In this document: positions 1 to 12,750 of the stretch, piece by piece
Layout of the letters: each line of letters begins with the position of its first letter
Position numbering within the stretch: position 1 is the stretch's first letter
NCBI RefSeq assembly: GCF_009834535.1
Contig: NC_045696.1
Coordinates: 29,514,001-29,578,000, forward strand
From: Camelus ferus
Taxonomy: Eukaryota
Length of the DNA stretch: 64,000 nucleotides
Direction: 5' to 3'
Program-made: the position numbers and the translations under genes
Notes under the pieces: generated by a model
What the model was told of the DNA's origin: nothing
The model's database searches: none
Seen by the model: only the letters and a program-made list of their open reading frames with translations

Positions 1-5
1 ATTAA

Positions 6-868
6 TTAGCGTCTATCACAGCCTCCATGCTGTGGATGTTATATAACTCTGTGTTGATACCGAGCTATGTATATATGAGAATAAGGGACAGTTTTAATGA
101 GAATAAAAAAAAAAAAAACAAAAAAAAACTTTAGCTCCTACTCCTCTTAACTGTACTGAAAACTAACTCTTAAAAGGAAGTATCTATTTTAAAATCAAAT
201 GCTTTGGTCTTTCTCCAGACCATCAGTGGGTACCCAAGTCACCAAAGGGTGGGTACAGCATGAAATATTCTTCTAAACCAGGAGCTGTGATTTCCCTTTT
301 TTGAAAAGGAAATCTGCTCTCCACTCCTCCGCCCTGCCTTTGACAGTGATCACGACGGCTCTGGGCAGGGGCTACACCTAATGTTTTTTCTTCATTCTCC
401 ACAGCATGTTCCTGTGCGTGTTCCCTGCAACAGGGACTCCTGAAATATTTGGTAAGGTTGGATGTATCTCTCTGCAATTGGTAACGGTCTACACCATCGC
501 TATTGAGGCACAGAGGCAAACTGTAACAATGTGACCCAGAAGAGGATACTAAGGGTGGCATGCCAGCTGCGGCAAGACGAACAGAAGTCAGCAGTGCGCC
601 TGGGATTTAGCGTTCAAGTTTATCAGAGCCTCCATGCTGTGGATTTTGGGTAATTCTTCGTTGATATCAAGTGTATCTATTTATGGACTTAAAATACACA
701 TATAAATGTATATAAATACACATGTGTATGTATATATAGTACAGTCTTAATGAAAATATTAAAAAAAAAAAAAACAGCCAAACAAACTTTAATGCCCATT
801 CCTCTTAACTGTACTGGACTATTTTCAAATCAAACCCTATGGTCTCTGGGTCTCTGGGTTCTCCATGG
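6..868. repeat. Diverged direct duplication; copies at ~6-218 and ~607-868
   Basis: TATCAcAGCCTCCATGCTGTGGAT (14-37) vs TATCAgAGCCTCCATGCTGTGGAT (621-644); CCTCTTAACTGTACTG at 143-158 and 801-816; a shared A-rich tract lies between these anchors. Confidence 0.85.
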
Positions 869-1034
869 AGCCTCCCTCCTGCACACCCTTCATTTATAAG
901 GTGCAAGTTAGCGATTATATTCTGAACCCCATGACTCCCTAGATTGGTCATTCGCTTAACTAGAACACAAGATTACAATTTTAAAACTACTGAAGTGGAT
1001 CCTGTGTATCGGATAACAGACTCAGTGTACATCA

Positions 1035-1760
1035 GTGTGGCCCCTGTCCTCACAGAGTTTACAATCTAATAAGGGAGAAAGACAGAACTAAACAACTATA
1101 AAAATGCATGTTTCCTTAAAGAGGTGGAGAAGGCTCCAAAAAGGCTTAGGGGATCGGTAAGTGTTAAAACCACAAAACATCATAGGGGAGGAAATGAGAA
1201 AACAGTAGCAAATCTTTCCAAAGAACAGATGTAAAGGCCCTGAGACGACAGCACAGCAAGTTGGAGAGGACAGGCCTGAAATTACGTCAATATACATGGA
1301 AGGTGGGGGGGTCAGTCTTAGGCACTCAGTCTTGGAATTCCAGACTTTCCCTCGGTATTAAAAAAAAAAAACAACATCTTTTCCTACTAGGCATGGATAT
1401 GGCTTTTAGAAACACAGGGTAGCTGATGCCACGGGAGTGGATGAAATTGACTGGGAAGAACATTCAGGTAACAGTGGCAGACAAGAGAGCGTGACAAAGC
1501 CCAAGGGACATCCACATGTGTGGCTAGGGTGGAGAAGAGGAGCCTGGAAAAGTTCGCAGAGGGAGGGCCAGGGAGAGAAGAAAACCATGGCGGGTGGGAG
1601 ACGGGGAGACTGACCCCTGAGGAGTGCTTCCAAGGGGAAACAGTACTCACCAGGAATAAGTGCGAGCAGGCTGAAGGAACATCTGAAGGCCTGTAATAGA
1701 CTGAGTAACAAGAGAGGACACTGATGAATGGAAAGAGAGCGATGGCAGTGAAGTCTGAGG
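1035..1760 (-). mobile_element. L2 LINE fragments (old)
   Basis: L2-like motifs, e.g. CCCCTGTCCTCACAGAGTTTACAATCTA and GTAGCTGATGCCACGGGAGTGGATGAAAT. Confidence 0.55.
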
Positions 1761-2744
1761 CTAAAACCGAAGAACTGAAAACTGTACCATGAGAAATAAG
1801 TGCTTTATTTTTTGTTTGTTTATTCTAGGATATTCTGATGGGTAGTATTTAACTAAACACCTGGGAGACAATGGTTAATCTTAGCTGTATGTAAGCTTTG
1901 TATTTGCAAATTTTAAATTCTGAGGTGTTTTATGGTGTATGTGTCTGTGCGTGTGTATATATGTATTTCCTATCTTAAGACACTAAAAAAAAGGGACTAG
2001 TATGCTATTAGGTTTCATTAAAATTCCTATAACAAATTTACAAGCTAATATTTTGAACCAAAGACATGATCAATTTTAGTCTTTCATCCCCTATATTTCC
2101 TCCACATAATAACACCATCGTGACTCATGTCCATGGCCCTGTGACAGCTTACAGAGGCCAGGAACGGTGCTTCTGCTAGGGCTGGGGTAGCCAGGTGGGT
2201 CAATGCCCTCATTCTGCCTTGCCCTCCCCAATCTTCCCCTTGATAAATGATGCATAAAAAGTCTTGAGGCATTAACCAAATGAGCTCTGGGCATTTCAGA
2301 AAACAATTTTCAACTTGAACTTTGCTTGGAACATGGCCAAACCCATCAATCCCTTCACTTATCTACATGATTAGAATGGCTTTGGGTGGTAAGTTCCCAT
2401 CAATAAGGCACAGGATAGTGGATGAAGTAAACGCTGAGGTCAAGTGTTTTGATAAGAAGGTTGTCAAAATAAAACAAGCAGACAAACAAAAAAACATTAT
2501 TAACTATCAATGTCCATAAGTACAAAATCAGTATAACTTATATTAGCTGCATACAGGTGCGGTAGAATAAAGGCAGACACATTTATAAATCAGTCATTTG
2601 AAATACTAAAGAATGAGCATTATTATATTGAAAGGTAATTATATATTTCTTGATGCTTTTATTTAAATCAAGAAAATGGAAAAACACGTTAAGTAAATGA
2701 AATATAAAGTAATCCTAAATCTGTATTAAATTAATAAAAGCAAT

Positions 2745-2960
2745 AGTTAACTACTCAAGAGCCCTCTACATACACAGACTCTGTGCTAGAATTTCACCAG
2801 TTATTTCAAATAATAGTCACAAAGTCCTCTCAGTATGGGAGGGGGCTGTTAGTCCTATTTTCAGATAATAGATCAGGAAAGTAATGTGACTTTCTAAGGT
2901 GATGCAGGTATAAAGTATCAAGGTTAGCATTCAAACTGAGATCATCTGTATTCTCTCCAT
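2745..2960 (-). mobile_element. MIR SINE
   Basis: Core-like CCTATTTTCAGAT...GTGACTTTCTAAGGTGATGCAG...ATTCAAACT. Confidence 0.55.
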
Positions 2961-5900
2961 TGTACCTGGCATTGGGTACTTGATTTGAATGACATTAGCT
3001 GGAAACCTATTATGCATGTACAGGCAGTAGGGAAGATAATGAAAGCTCCATAAAATGATGTGTAAGAGTGTATTTCCAATTCCACTCTCAAGGGTACAAA
3101 TAAAGTGTACTTATTACCGACCTGCGCTCCCTGTGTGCACCGCATGTTCTGCTACTACTCCTCCAAGTTATGGCTTTTTGGTGTCCCCGAGGCCTTTTTG
3201 AACTCCTGCGGGAAGTGCTTGTGCTTCCACTAGTACTTAATACAATTTTTTTCCCCTTATGAAAACAATTATTTAAATAGTGTAATTTTTTTGGCATCTG
3301 TTGTTTTGTTTTTGCCAGTCTCTTTATTAGACTGAGGGTAGGTATCCTATATTTTCACCTATTATTCCTACTGCCTCATCAACTAGCAGGCACAGAGTAC
3401 AGTCAAGGACGTATTAAACCTGTGTGGAAAGAAAAAAATGAAGGAAATCACATCTACTTCCCTTAGTAGGTTACATATTGCTTATAGAAAGTTCTATCTT
3501 ACTTTTTTTTGATAACCCAGTTCACAGCACAGGGACTCAGATAAAGAATCACCTAACAATTTTTTTTTTTTTAACCGATTGCAAAATTGGTCTTTATAAG
3601 GGTCATAAGAAAAAGGCAAAAGTGCTTTGGGGTGGAAAGGCGATGGATACAGAGGAGCATACCCACACCATCAAGGATGGGGAGATGTTTATTTACCAGA
3701 AGGGAACAGACAGATCACCTCAGTTCTCTATTCCTCAGAGGCCTCCTCAGGGGTTTCCCTCTGAATGCCATGCCAGTGGGAAGTAGAATTTCAAATGGTT
3801 CATATTGTTATACAGACTTTGACCTACATTCCATTTTTGTGGCACAGTTTTGTTTTAAAATAAGTAAGTGTATGATCAAGCCAAGGATAAAACAATGAAC
3901 GAAACAAATGAGGCCGAATTGAAAATGTGCTATTTTTATGCAAATATAATTTGTTAAGAACTAGATATGATTTTCTTAAGGAAATTGATAGCAACAGTAA
4001 TGGACTTTTGCTTTTTTTCTGAAGCTTTCTGATGCTGCACGATGCAGAGGACTTCAAACATTCTTTGGAGGGCATGGAGTGGGGGATAAATCTCACTAAG
4101 GAAGAAATGGGAGGAAAAAGACTTCTTTAAGAAAATCCTGACTGAATTCAGATATTTTTGCAAGTAGTTACAAATGTCTTAGAAAATGATTTGCTAGTGG
4201 GCAGCCTTGTAAAAAGTGTGAAAGGTTTGTGTGTGACTAGGGAACCCACTGAAAGACTCCGCACCTTTTTAGGTGGTAGAAAACAAGAAAGGAAAACAGG
4301 AATACAAAACCCAAAACTATATGGGCTGATTATAAAATTGATTATACACATGGTTTGGTGGCTATTCTAACTTTAGGTTTAGACTCAAACATTTAGTAGT
4401 GGAGTCAGACTGTGCTGTTTTTCCCTAAAAAAGTTGCCTGATTTAGGATATGTTACCAATAAGTCCTTGTGCTCACATCAAAAATACATAGTAATAGAGA
4501 TGAATGAACTTCCCTAATGAATTATTAAGAGCTGAGCAGACACATTTAGAAGGGAACAACAGAACCACAGGAAGTCAGATTGGAAAGAAAATGTTCATTT
4601 AAATCCTCTATACTCTGTAACTGACATCCGTTGAACTCAATCCTGGATTCATTCCCAGGCTGGATGAGTATTTCTGTAAAAGAATCTAAGGCTCTTTCAA
4701 GGCACAGCTTGGATACAGCTTTTCTGAGTTTCAATCTCCCACAGCCTTTCTTCTGTAGCCAGCAACTCTAACTCCCTAGTAGAGAGACTTAACTACTTGC
4801 TTATAACTTAATCAAAGAACCAGTATCAATTTGCCTTTGGACGATGCTTCCATCCCTCCAAGTTCCTGCCAACAGATAGTTATCCTCCTCTGCATCCCTG
4901 CTGTCAGCTCTTGCCTCTTCTCAGGCCACTGGTGCCAAAGAAATGAGGAAAAAAGTTCCTGAGCAGCACGGTGACTTGTGGGAAAGACTGTGAACTTCTT
5001 CCCCCAGTAAGAAGAAAGGGTCTCAGTATTTGTACTTGCTTGCTTCAGGCGTTGCCCTTTGCTCTGGGTAAAACTGAGTTTGAATTTTAAAAATGTGACA
5101 GTGAGGTTATGAATTAGCCTATCAGCTGGCTTTGAAGGCCATTAAAAGGGAGGATTCAAAATCACATAAACAGTCTCTATGTCTTTAAAATAATGGCATT
5201 GGAAGTAGGACACATGGGTCTCCCAGAGAGGTTTGATGCAACCTAAACCACCACCCTCCTTCATTCAGGTAAACTATAAAATCTTCCATACGCTTAAGCC
5301 ATTCTCTGCACTTCCATAAAAACTAAAATTCTAATAAGATTAAACAGTTTGGTAAAGACAAGAACACAGAAATGAAGCAATGCAACTAGTAATTTAATCA
5401 GCCATGTGTTTGACTTTTGTCATATCCATTCATTTCATTAGTTACACTAATCCATCTGTCAATGCTCATCACTATTACTTGTCCCTGGACGAGTAGAGTT
5501 TCTCTGCTCTCCCTTGGAGCTTCCTCTCTCAATATACAGACCTTGCTGCAGTCAAACCAGATGACCCACAGCAATATGATCACAGTTAGGGGTCTTGCCT
5601 CTCCATCTTCTCTCCACTTAGTCCCTGGTCTGTAATGCCTGTTTTTGCCTCCAGAAATCCTGTCCATTCTTCAACAACCAGCTTAAACATTATCTTCTAT
5701 GTCAGAGACACATTTCTCCTTAAGTCTAAGAAACTTTTCTTTTTTTTTTTTTTTTTTCAGCTAGATAAACTGTTTTCAAGAAAAGACATTTCCTGACTTT
5801 GCTTTATGGCTATGTGTCTAAGTTTTGTCCAATGACATACAAGCAGAATTATTACGTGAAGATTCTTTCTAAAGAGCGGACTTCAATGGTGATTGTTCAC

Positions 5901-6889
5901 TTTTTGTTCTTCTTCCTTCTTCCTTAGAGAGTGTGTTTGGGAACTTTGATCTGGACTGTGTAGGAGATGGCAGCATCTCAGTTTTGTGATTTTTACTTTA
6001 TATGGTAAAATATTTTGTACACGTAGACACACAATTAAGTGAATTTAACGTACTGAAAAACCTAAGAGTGTGACAGATGTCTAAGTAAACTTCCATTCTT
6101 TAGGTTAGAAGTACATATAGTACAGAGGGAAACAGTACCAAATACGCTATGATCATGGAACATGTCTTAAATAGTGACTATCCGAAATGAACATGATGTA
6201 TTAAATTTTAAACAATATAAAGAAAACTATTCAGAAATAAATGCTTAGCTTGCCCAAAGAGTAAAGAAATATTTAAGAGACTCTAATTATACTAAAAATA
6301 TTAAAATAAGTATGCAGAACAATACAACAGTCACATACAAACTGGCACATGAACGTATATAACAACTCTGTCAAAGTTGTCCCCAAACTTCTTGAAACTT
6401 TACATAGAGTCATTAAATATGTCTTTTTCACAGAGGAAAAAGAAACTTTAAACATTCCAAGTGACAGATGTCAAGACTCATGAATATCTAAATATTCATA
6501 ACTTAGCAGACATTCTAAACAACCATCCAGGAATATATACATATTGACTTTAATGTTATTCCCGCAATCCACTAAAAAAACTTTATAGGAATAGTGGAAA
6601 CACAGAGTGAAAACTTACTAAGAGGTAAACTCTACTAATTGACTTATATAACTACAAATTTGATTGCACAGTTTTATGCTTTCAAATAATTTTCTGGCTA
6701 TAATTTAGAAGAGTCTTCAGTAAATAATTTCTCTTATAGAAATTAAAAAATAGGCAAAATTATGTGTGTACTGCAGGTGAAGCATGGGATATAGACACAA
6801 AAGACATGGATTTTAGGACTCAGTTTATCACTTAAAATATGTAACCTCAAGCTATGTAACTTTCCCTTACTTGTAATATAGTTAGAACT

Positions 6890-7092
6890 TACACTTTTTA
6901 AACACTTATTACATGCAAGGCATTATACCAAAGACTCCACATCATTAAATATATTAATTCTTACAAGTGCTCAGTAAAATAGGTATCATTATAATACCCA
7001 TTTTTGAGATGATGAATGTAAAGCACCAAAAGATTCAGTGATACAGGGAGGAAGACTGTCTCCAAACTTGAATTCTCAACCACTGTGCTATA
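6890..7092 (-). mobile_element. MIR SINE
   Basis: AACACTTATTACATGCAAGGCA...GGTATCATTATAATACCCATTTTTGAGATGA...AACCACTGTGCTA. Confidence 0.55.
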
Positions 7093-7249
7093 TTACCTCA
7101 AAATGAAAATGATAAAAAGTATACTGACTTTGCAGGTTGACTGTACTAAGTGAAATTATGCATAGAAAAATGCTTTATAAATTTTAAAAGTTTAAAGAAA
7201 TGTAATATACATAGGAAAATTACGTAGGAGTGTATACAGGGAAAAGGAC

Positions 7250-7900
7250 ATAAAGAATAAGGATGCTGTGACTTGGCTACTGGCTGGATGTCATGGACAA
7301 GAAAGAGGAAGGAGCCACTGAAACGACTCTTAAGAGTTCATCTAATGGTTACTGGAATAGAGATGGTGACACTAATAAAAAAATTAAAAGGCATTATGGT
7401 TTGTAGAGAGGATGATTCCAGTTTTGGATTCAGTGACTTTGAAGAGCCAGCAAGATACCACGTAAAGATCTCAGACAGGCAGCTTCCAAATTTACATGTG
7501 TAGCTTAGAACAAAAGGTTGATTTTGAGATGTTGATTTGGGGATTATCTACATTAAAGAGATGCCCAAAGCCTAGAAGTAGATGAGCTTTCTGAGAAAGA
7601 AAGAGTAAGGGTAAAAAAATAAAGAAGACCCAGGACACCTGAGGTAATATGTACAATGTAAGAGAAACAAGGTGAAAAGGAGATTGTGAAGGACACGCAG
7701 GGTCATGGTTGATAAAACAAGGCAGGGAAGGAAGACACAAGGGGCGTCAGATGGAACCAGATGATCAAGAGAGTTGAGGAAGTGGGAGCAGAGACCTGCA
7801 GGTCAATGACGGTCTTGGAAGCCAGTTTGCCGAATGTAGAGACTCGGGCAGCAGGAGATCTACAAGGGTCTGAGTGTGAGAAAGAGGGATTAACACACAT
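7250..7900 (-). mobile_element. L2 LINE fragment
   Basis: TTGGCTACTGGCTGGATG...TTCCAGTTTTGGATTCAGTGACTTTGAAG, typical of the L2 antisense 3' region. Confidence 0.55.
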
Positions 7901-8825
7901 AACTATATAATGGAGTCTGGCAAAGCAGATGGAAACAGATAAAAATACCAATTAGCTTCACAGGTTAGTAACCTCTGTTGCAAAAGTTTTTAATAGTTTC
8001 TCAGATTCCTCTCCTATTTATTTCATTATGATTATCAAAATAAAACAAAAGTGTATAAAAATCATAGTAAAAAGAACTGTCTCCAGTCCAGTGCTTACTG
8101 TTGATATTGTATGTTTAGCCTTACTATAAAAGGAGACATTTATTTAACTACAACTTAAAACAATTTAGATGTGACTAGAGTACACCATCAAGTTGTAGGG
8201 TAAATACTGCTTGGCATAAAATATCTTATGATAAGGGTCAGAAAACAGCAAATGTTCTGCTAATTATTAAAATTCAAAAATTCTGTTTTTCTATTGGTGA
8301 GTCATAATGATTGTATCTGCCTTTTCCAAGTAATCTTCTCATGATAAAACAAATATTAAAATGTTTCTGACTCAAAAGGAAGCAAGCGTTTTGTGTACTC
8401 ATGGTTAGTTACATAGATAGAAACAGATTTTAGGAAACAAAACTGTCTATATAGTGGATTTCAATATATTAAATGTTAATGTGTATAATGATTATGTTAT
8501 TTTCTTATTAACAAAAATAAATAATTTTCATAATATGCATATAATACAGAGATATTAGAATTGTTTCCAATTTAAACATGTAACCTTAAAGTCAACTAAT
8601 TAAATATGAACAGATATCCTTGTCTTTTACTCAAAAAATGATGGGTGTCTATAGAAAGAAAAATTAGAATGTAAAAGTTTCAATTCTTTATCATAAGCTG
8701 TCTGGCCTTTGATGTTATATTTGCTCAGGCAACTCTTGCCCTCATTTAGTTGGGGGCAGCATATACTGGCAAGGGAAAAAAAAAAGCCAAGAATAAAATA
8801 ATTAAATTGGAAGTAGGCTGGCGGT

Positions 8826-9347
8826 CATTCAAAACTTTTTTTTTTCCACTTTCAAAAATATTTAAAACTTAAATCCCTTCTTTTTCTAGCTACTTGAGGA
8901 GTATTTTCCAAGGGAATAAGAACCCTCATTAATACCACTTTTAGGAAGAATATGAGGCCAACGTCTCTGTTTTATTTTACAAAAAGAACATTTAGTTATG
9001 TGGGAATGGCCAAGCCATGACTAAAATTACACTTGTCTACTAGAAAAGTAGAAACTACACATCAAACTAGAAAACTGAAATGATAATCCTTGAGATACTA
9101 TTTTGAGATAAACAGAATCTAGTGGGCAACACTGGAATAAAAGAGCCAGAAGTTACAACAAATAATACAGTATTTTCAATTTTATGTACTATTGCCCCCT
9201 CCAACTACACACACACACACACACACACACAACTGCCCTCCACCCACTACACACACACACACACACCTGCCCTCCACCCACTACACACACACAACTGCCC
9301 CCATCCACTGCACACACACACACACACATAAAACTGCCCTCCACTCA

Positions 9348-9384
<37 letters not shown>

Positions 9385-9576
9385 CCTTTTAAGACATTTT
9401 TTTTCCCTGTTTCCACCCCATGAAATGTAAATACTGCAGATCTACTGCGTATCTGTGTCTATATGCTGTGATGCTCTGCAGGGTAACTATTATAATACCT
9501 AAGATATTTTTTGCCCTCCTTTAACAATCAATTTTCACTCCCACTGGGGTGCTATCACCCATGTTGAGAGTGCATG
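8826..9576 (-). mobile_element. hAT-Charlie DNA transposon (Charlie4-like), interrupted by a minisatellite
   Basis: Right end GGGGTGCTATCACCCATGTTGAGAGTGCATG resembles the recalled Charlie4 terminus. Left boundary is uncertain. Confidence 0.45.
9192..9381. repeat. Compound minisatellite: ~5 units of (AA)CTGCCCTCCACCCACTA plus (CA)n
   Basis: Read directly from sequence. CA run length varies between units. Confidence 0.95.
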
Positions 9577-9932
9577 AATCAGGCATGTTTATGAAACCAG
9601 AAAGACAGGCATGTTGCTGAAAATAAGTGTACACAAACTTCTCGATGTACAGAAGGTGCATGCTGTCTGAATCAGGTAGTCAAGGAATTGTTTGATTAAA
9701 CATCTTCAAAGACTACATAAAGGGAGCATAGCTGGACCATGGGATCACTGCCCCCTGGATTTTATTCCCATCAAGCTCATTTTAGGAACTGTAGGAAAGT
9801 CTGGTTCTAAAAATATTAGGACTAACAAATACCTGAATGGTAACTTTCCAACTTTGCAAGCAGAAGAATGTGTTTGACTATTTTTATTTATTCTGTTAAT
9901 ATGTATTTGGCCTCATTTATAGGAGAGCCCAT

Positions 9933-9951
9933 ACACACACACACACACACA
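9933..9951. repeat. (AC)n microsatellite
   Basis: Read directly from sequence. Confidence 0.9.
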
Positions 9952-11699
9952 ACTGAAAAGTCTCCTAATTAAAAGACAGAGAGTGTCCTATTAGTTCACA
10001 TAGCTTTCAGAAGACCTTTCTTTAATAAATAAAATGCCTTTTAAAAAGTCAATAAATGGATTTTTCAAAATGTACCAGCACCATAAATGTTTATTTGTAC
10101 AACATGTAATAATTAAGTTCTGTCATGCTACTATTTTAAAGTCTATAGCTAGGCATAAAAGAGGCTGATCTTTAAAAATACTATTCAAAGTGCTCAGCAT
10201 TTTTACGTTAAATAAAGAAAAAGTAAAGAAAATATGAATGTGAATTGACATGTGAAGCACATAATATAATCGATAATTTCTTACTAAACTGGAGATAATA
10301 TATTGGAATAATCCAAGATATCAGAATGTCTTCTTGTTTGTGGAAAGGTGTTATTAAGGCTGACTAGGGTGGTAAGAAGAAACTATAAAAATAACTCAGT
10401 ATAACAACTTCACAATAAATTTACTTACCCATCTTACCAATTTGGCATCAAGTATATCATGAACATTTAACTTACGACCTTTATATAATCATAATGCATA
10501 TATGATTAAAATATTGAAAAGGTGTGGATTACCTAGGTTTTCAAATTTTTATGTCTGTCATCTTATCATCCCCAAATGGTCATTCCAGTGCATTTTAAAA
10601 TGAATGGTGATTTTGTGTGTGTTGGTGGAGCTCAAATATCTATCATTAATTTTTACTAAAAATAACTCATAAGGGTCCATTAGACAATGGTGAACAAAGA
10701 TGCAAAGCTGTTTCTGGGCTGTTTCTCCCAGGCTATGAAATTCCTCTATAAAAACTAAAAGTTGACATTTTTAAAGTTTAATAGCATAAACTTTTTAGTT
10801 AATTTTCAATACATTTCCTAAATATGTTTATAAAGGGCAGAGAACTATTGTATTGTAGGCTTTTTTATAATATAGTTTATCAACTGCTTATGCTTTAAAA
10901 GTTTGCTGTCTTTCTTTTAAATTTGTAATTTACACTTCTACAGGTACAACTTACTTTAAGCAACTTAATTATATGAAAATGTTTTCCTGAAAGATAAATC
11001 AGGTGGTAATTCTTTGCCATGTTACCGAATTCTTTAAAATAATACATTTTTCAAATGTATCTCAAGTCATTCATTTTATAAACTCTGAAACGAAAGAAAA
11101 CTTTTCTAAATGACAGTTACTTCATAATGTGAGCTATACCTATACTACCTTATATTTTTAAAACTGCTTAAATCAAGTACCTGGATCATTTCTGAATTAT
11201 GAAATAAAATGCAGAGGTTGATTCCAACTTGTACATTCAAAGAAACATATCTATGGTCCACACAGAACAAAAAGTGGTATTCAAGTACTATTACTTGATC
11301 ACTTTGGAGATATTCAGTAAACATGATTTACCTAAATAATGTAATGATATTTTTATCCTTACACCACATAACTTAGGCAGAATTAACAATTAAGTGTCTT
11401 TTATTTGAGGGAATAATCAGAGGGATCCTAGTATTCCCATGACTCTGGAAAACGGTAGCTTTATTTTCCTCATAATCTTCAGAAAAATCTTATTTAAAAA
11501 AAATGAAGAAAATGACTTTGAACTCATCCACGAGGGATATATCCAACTTATTGATTGATGTGACTAGTGTAGAAAGAACTGAGACCTACAATTTTAGACC
11601 AGTTTTAAAGAACTCCAGGGGCAGAGGATCTTGCAGTGCTATATTTAGTTGGAGGTGACTGCCCCTGAAATCCATCTCTCACATTTTCAGTCGAGTAAC

Positions 11700-12170
11700 A
11701 TATCTATACCGTGGATCTGACAATGTCAATCTCCTGAAAACCCTTCAATAGCTCTCTATGACCTGGCTTCTCTCTCATCATCCACATTCTAAATTAGTAT
11801 GTCCCTCATTCTATTTCACCTTCCTAGCTTTCCCTAGTCACTGTTCCAGTGGGGGACAGTCACGGAGAATCAGGACAGAGAGAGAAGGGGCACTTGAAAC
11901 TTAACCCCCTGCCTGCTGTAAGCCTTTCCTGGTGGCCCACCACTCCCTCCCCTGAGTATCAGTTCAGTGTTCTTCCCTGGGGGACTCACACCGCTCAGCG
12001 CAGATCTGGAAGGTGACATTTATCATCTAACAGACCTACTTCTGTCTGGCTTCGTCAGTCTCCTCCCCTCCTTGGACAGGGGGCTCCTTAAGCTAATGCC
12101 TACGCCTTCCGTTAGCCAGGTCCCAGGCTGGTGTCTGACATGGCAGTTAGGTGCTGAATCACTGTAGAAC
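11700..12170 (+). mobile_element. L2 LINE 3' fragment(s)
   Basis: ATCTGACAATGTCAATCTCCTGAAAACCCTTCAATAGCTC...GGTGTCTGACATGGCAGTTAGGTGCTGAAT. Confidence 0.45.
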
Positions 12171-12375
12171 GAGGACTAACAAGTCATTTCAAATTCAGGC
12201 TTGAAATCTGAGAATGTTACTTTCTTCTTTGATTTATCTCATAGATCGCCACACAATATGAAATTTGGTTTGTTACATTCCTCTTTGACTCATCTCCTCC
12301 AGAGGGACGTCTATAGCTAGAGATTTGCCAACATCACTGACAATTTTGGCATACATTTCAGGTAAAATAACAGCA

Positions 12376-12518
12376 GAGTTGGCCCTCCACATCCCAGGCT
12401 GTGGAAGCCAGGGAGCTGACTGCACTATGTGATTTTACACAGGGACTTGAGCCGCCTTGGACTTTGGTATCCAAGGCGGCCTTGGAACAATCCCTGCCCC
12501 CTCACCGAGGGGAAACGA
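12376..12518. mobile_element. Short Tigger/MER2-like MITE
   Basis: GTTGGCCCTCCACATCC...GGGACTTGAGC...TTTGGTATCC...GGAACAATCCC...ACCGAGGG resembles MER2-type ends. Confidence 0.6.
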
Positions 12519-12544
12519 GGAATAATAAATTAGTTTATATCAAG

Positions 12545-12750
12545 CGGTCTTTTGGAGGCAGACAGACTGGGCTCAAATTCTGGCTCTTGTATTAATCTAA
12601 ACAAGCCACTAAACCGTTCATTCTCCTCATGTGTGAAATGAAGATAATCATTCTAACCTCTTAGGGTTGTAACTCAGGTTAAGATACTATACGTAAAGTA
12701 TTTATAGCACTACCTTGCTCAGGGTAAATATTTAGGATATTATAACTATT
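12545..12750 (+). mobile_element. MIR SINE
   Basis: TTTGGAGGCAGACAGACTGGGCTCAAATTCTGGCTCT...CTCCTCATGTGTGAAATGAAGATAAT...GGGTTGT. Confidence 0.7.

Noticed and set aside
223..561. 112-aa minus-strand ORF
   Set aside because: No recognisable homology, not GBE1 sequence, and a length compatible with chance.
9122..9423. His/Thr-rich ORFs; repeat-spacer appearance
   Set aside because: Translations of the CA minisatellite. The 'spacers' are just (CA)n and the context is mammalian, so this is not CRISPR.
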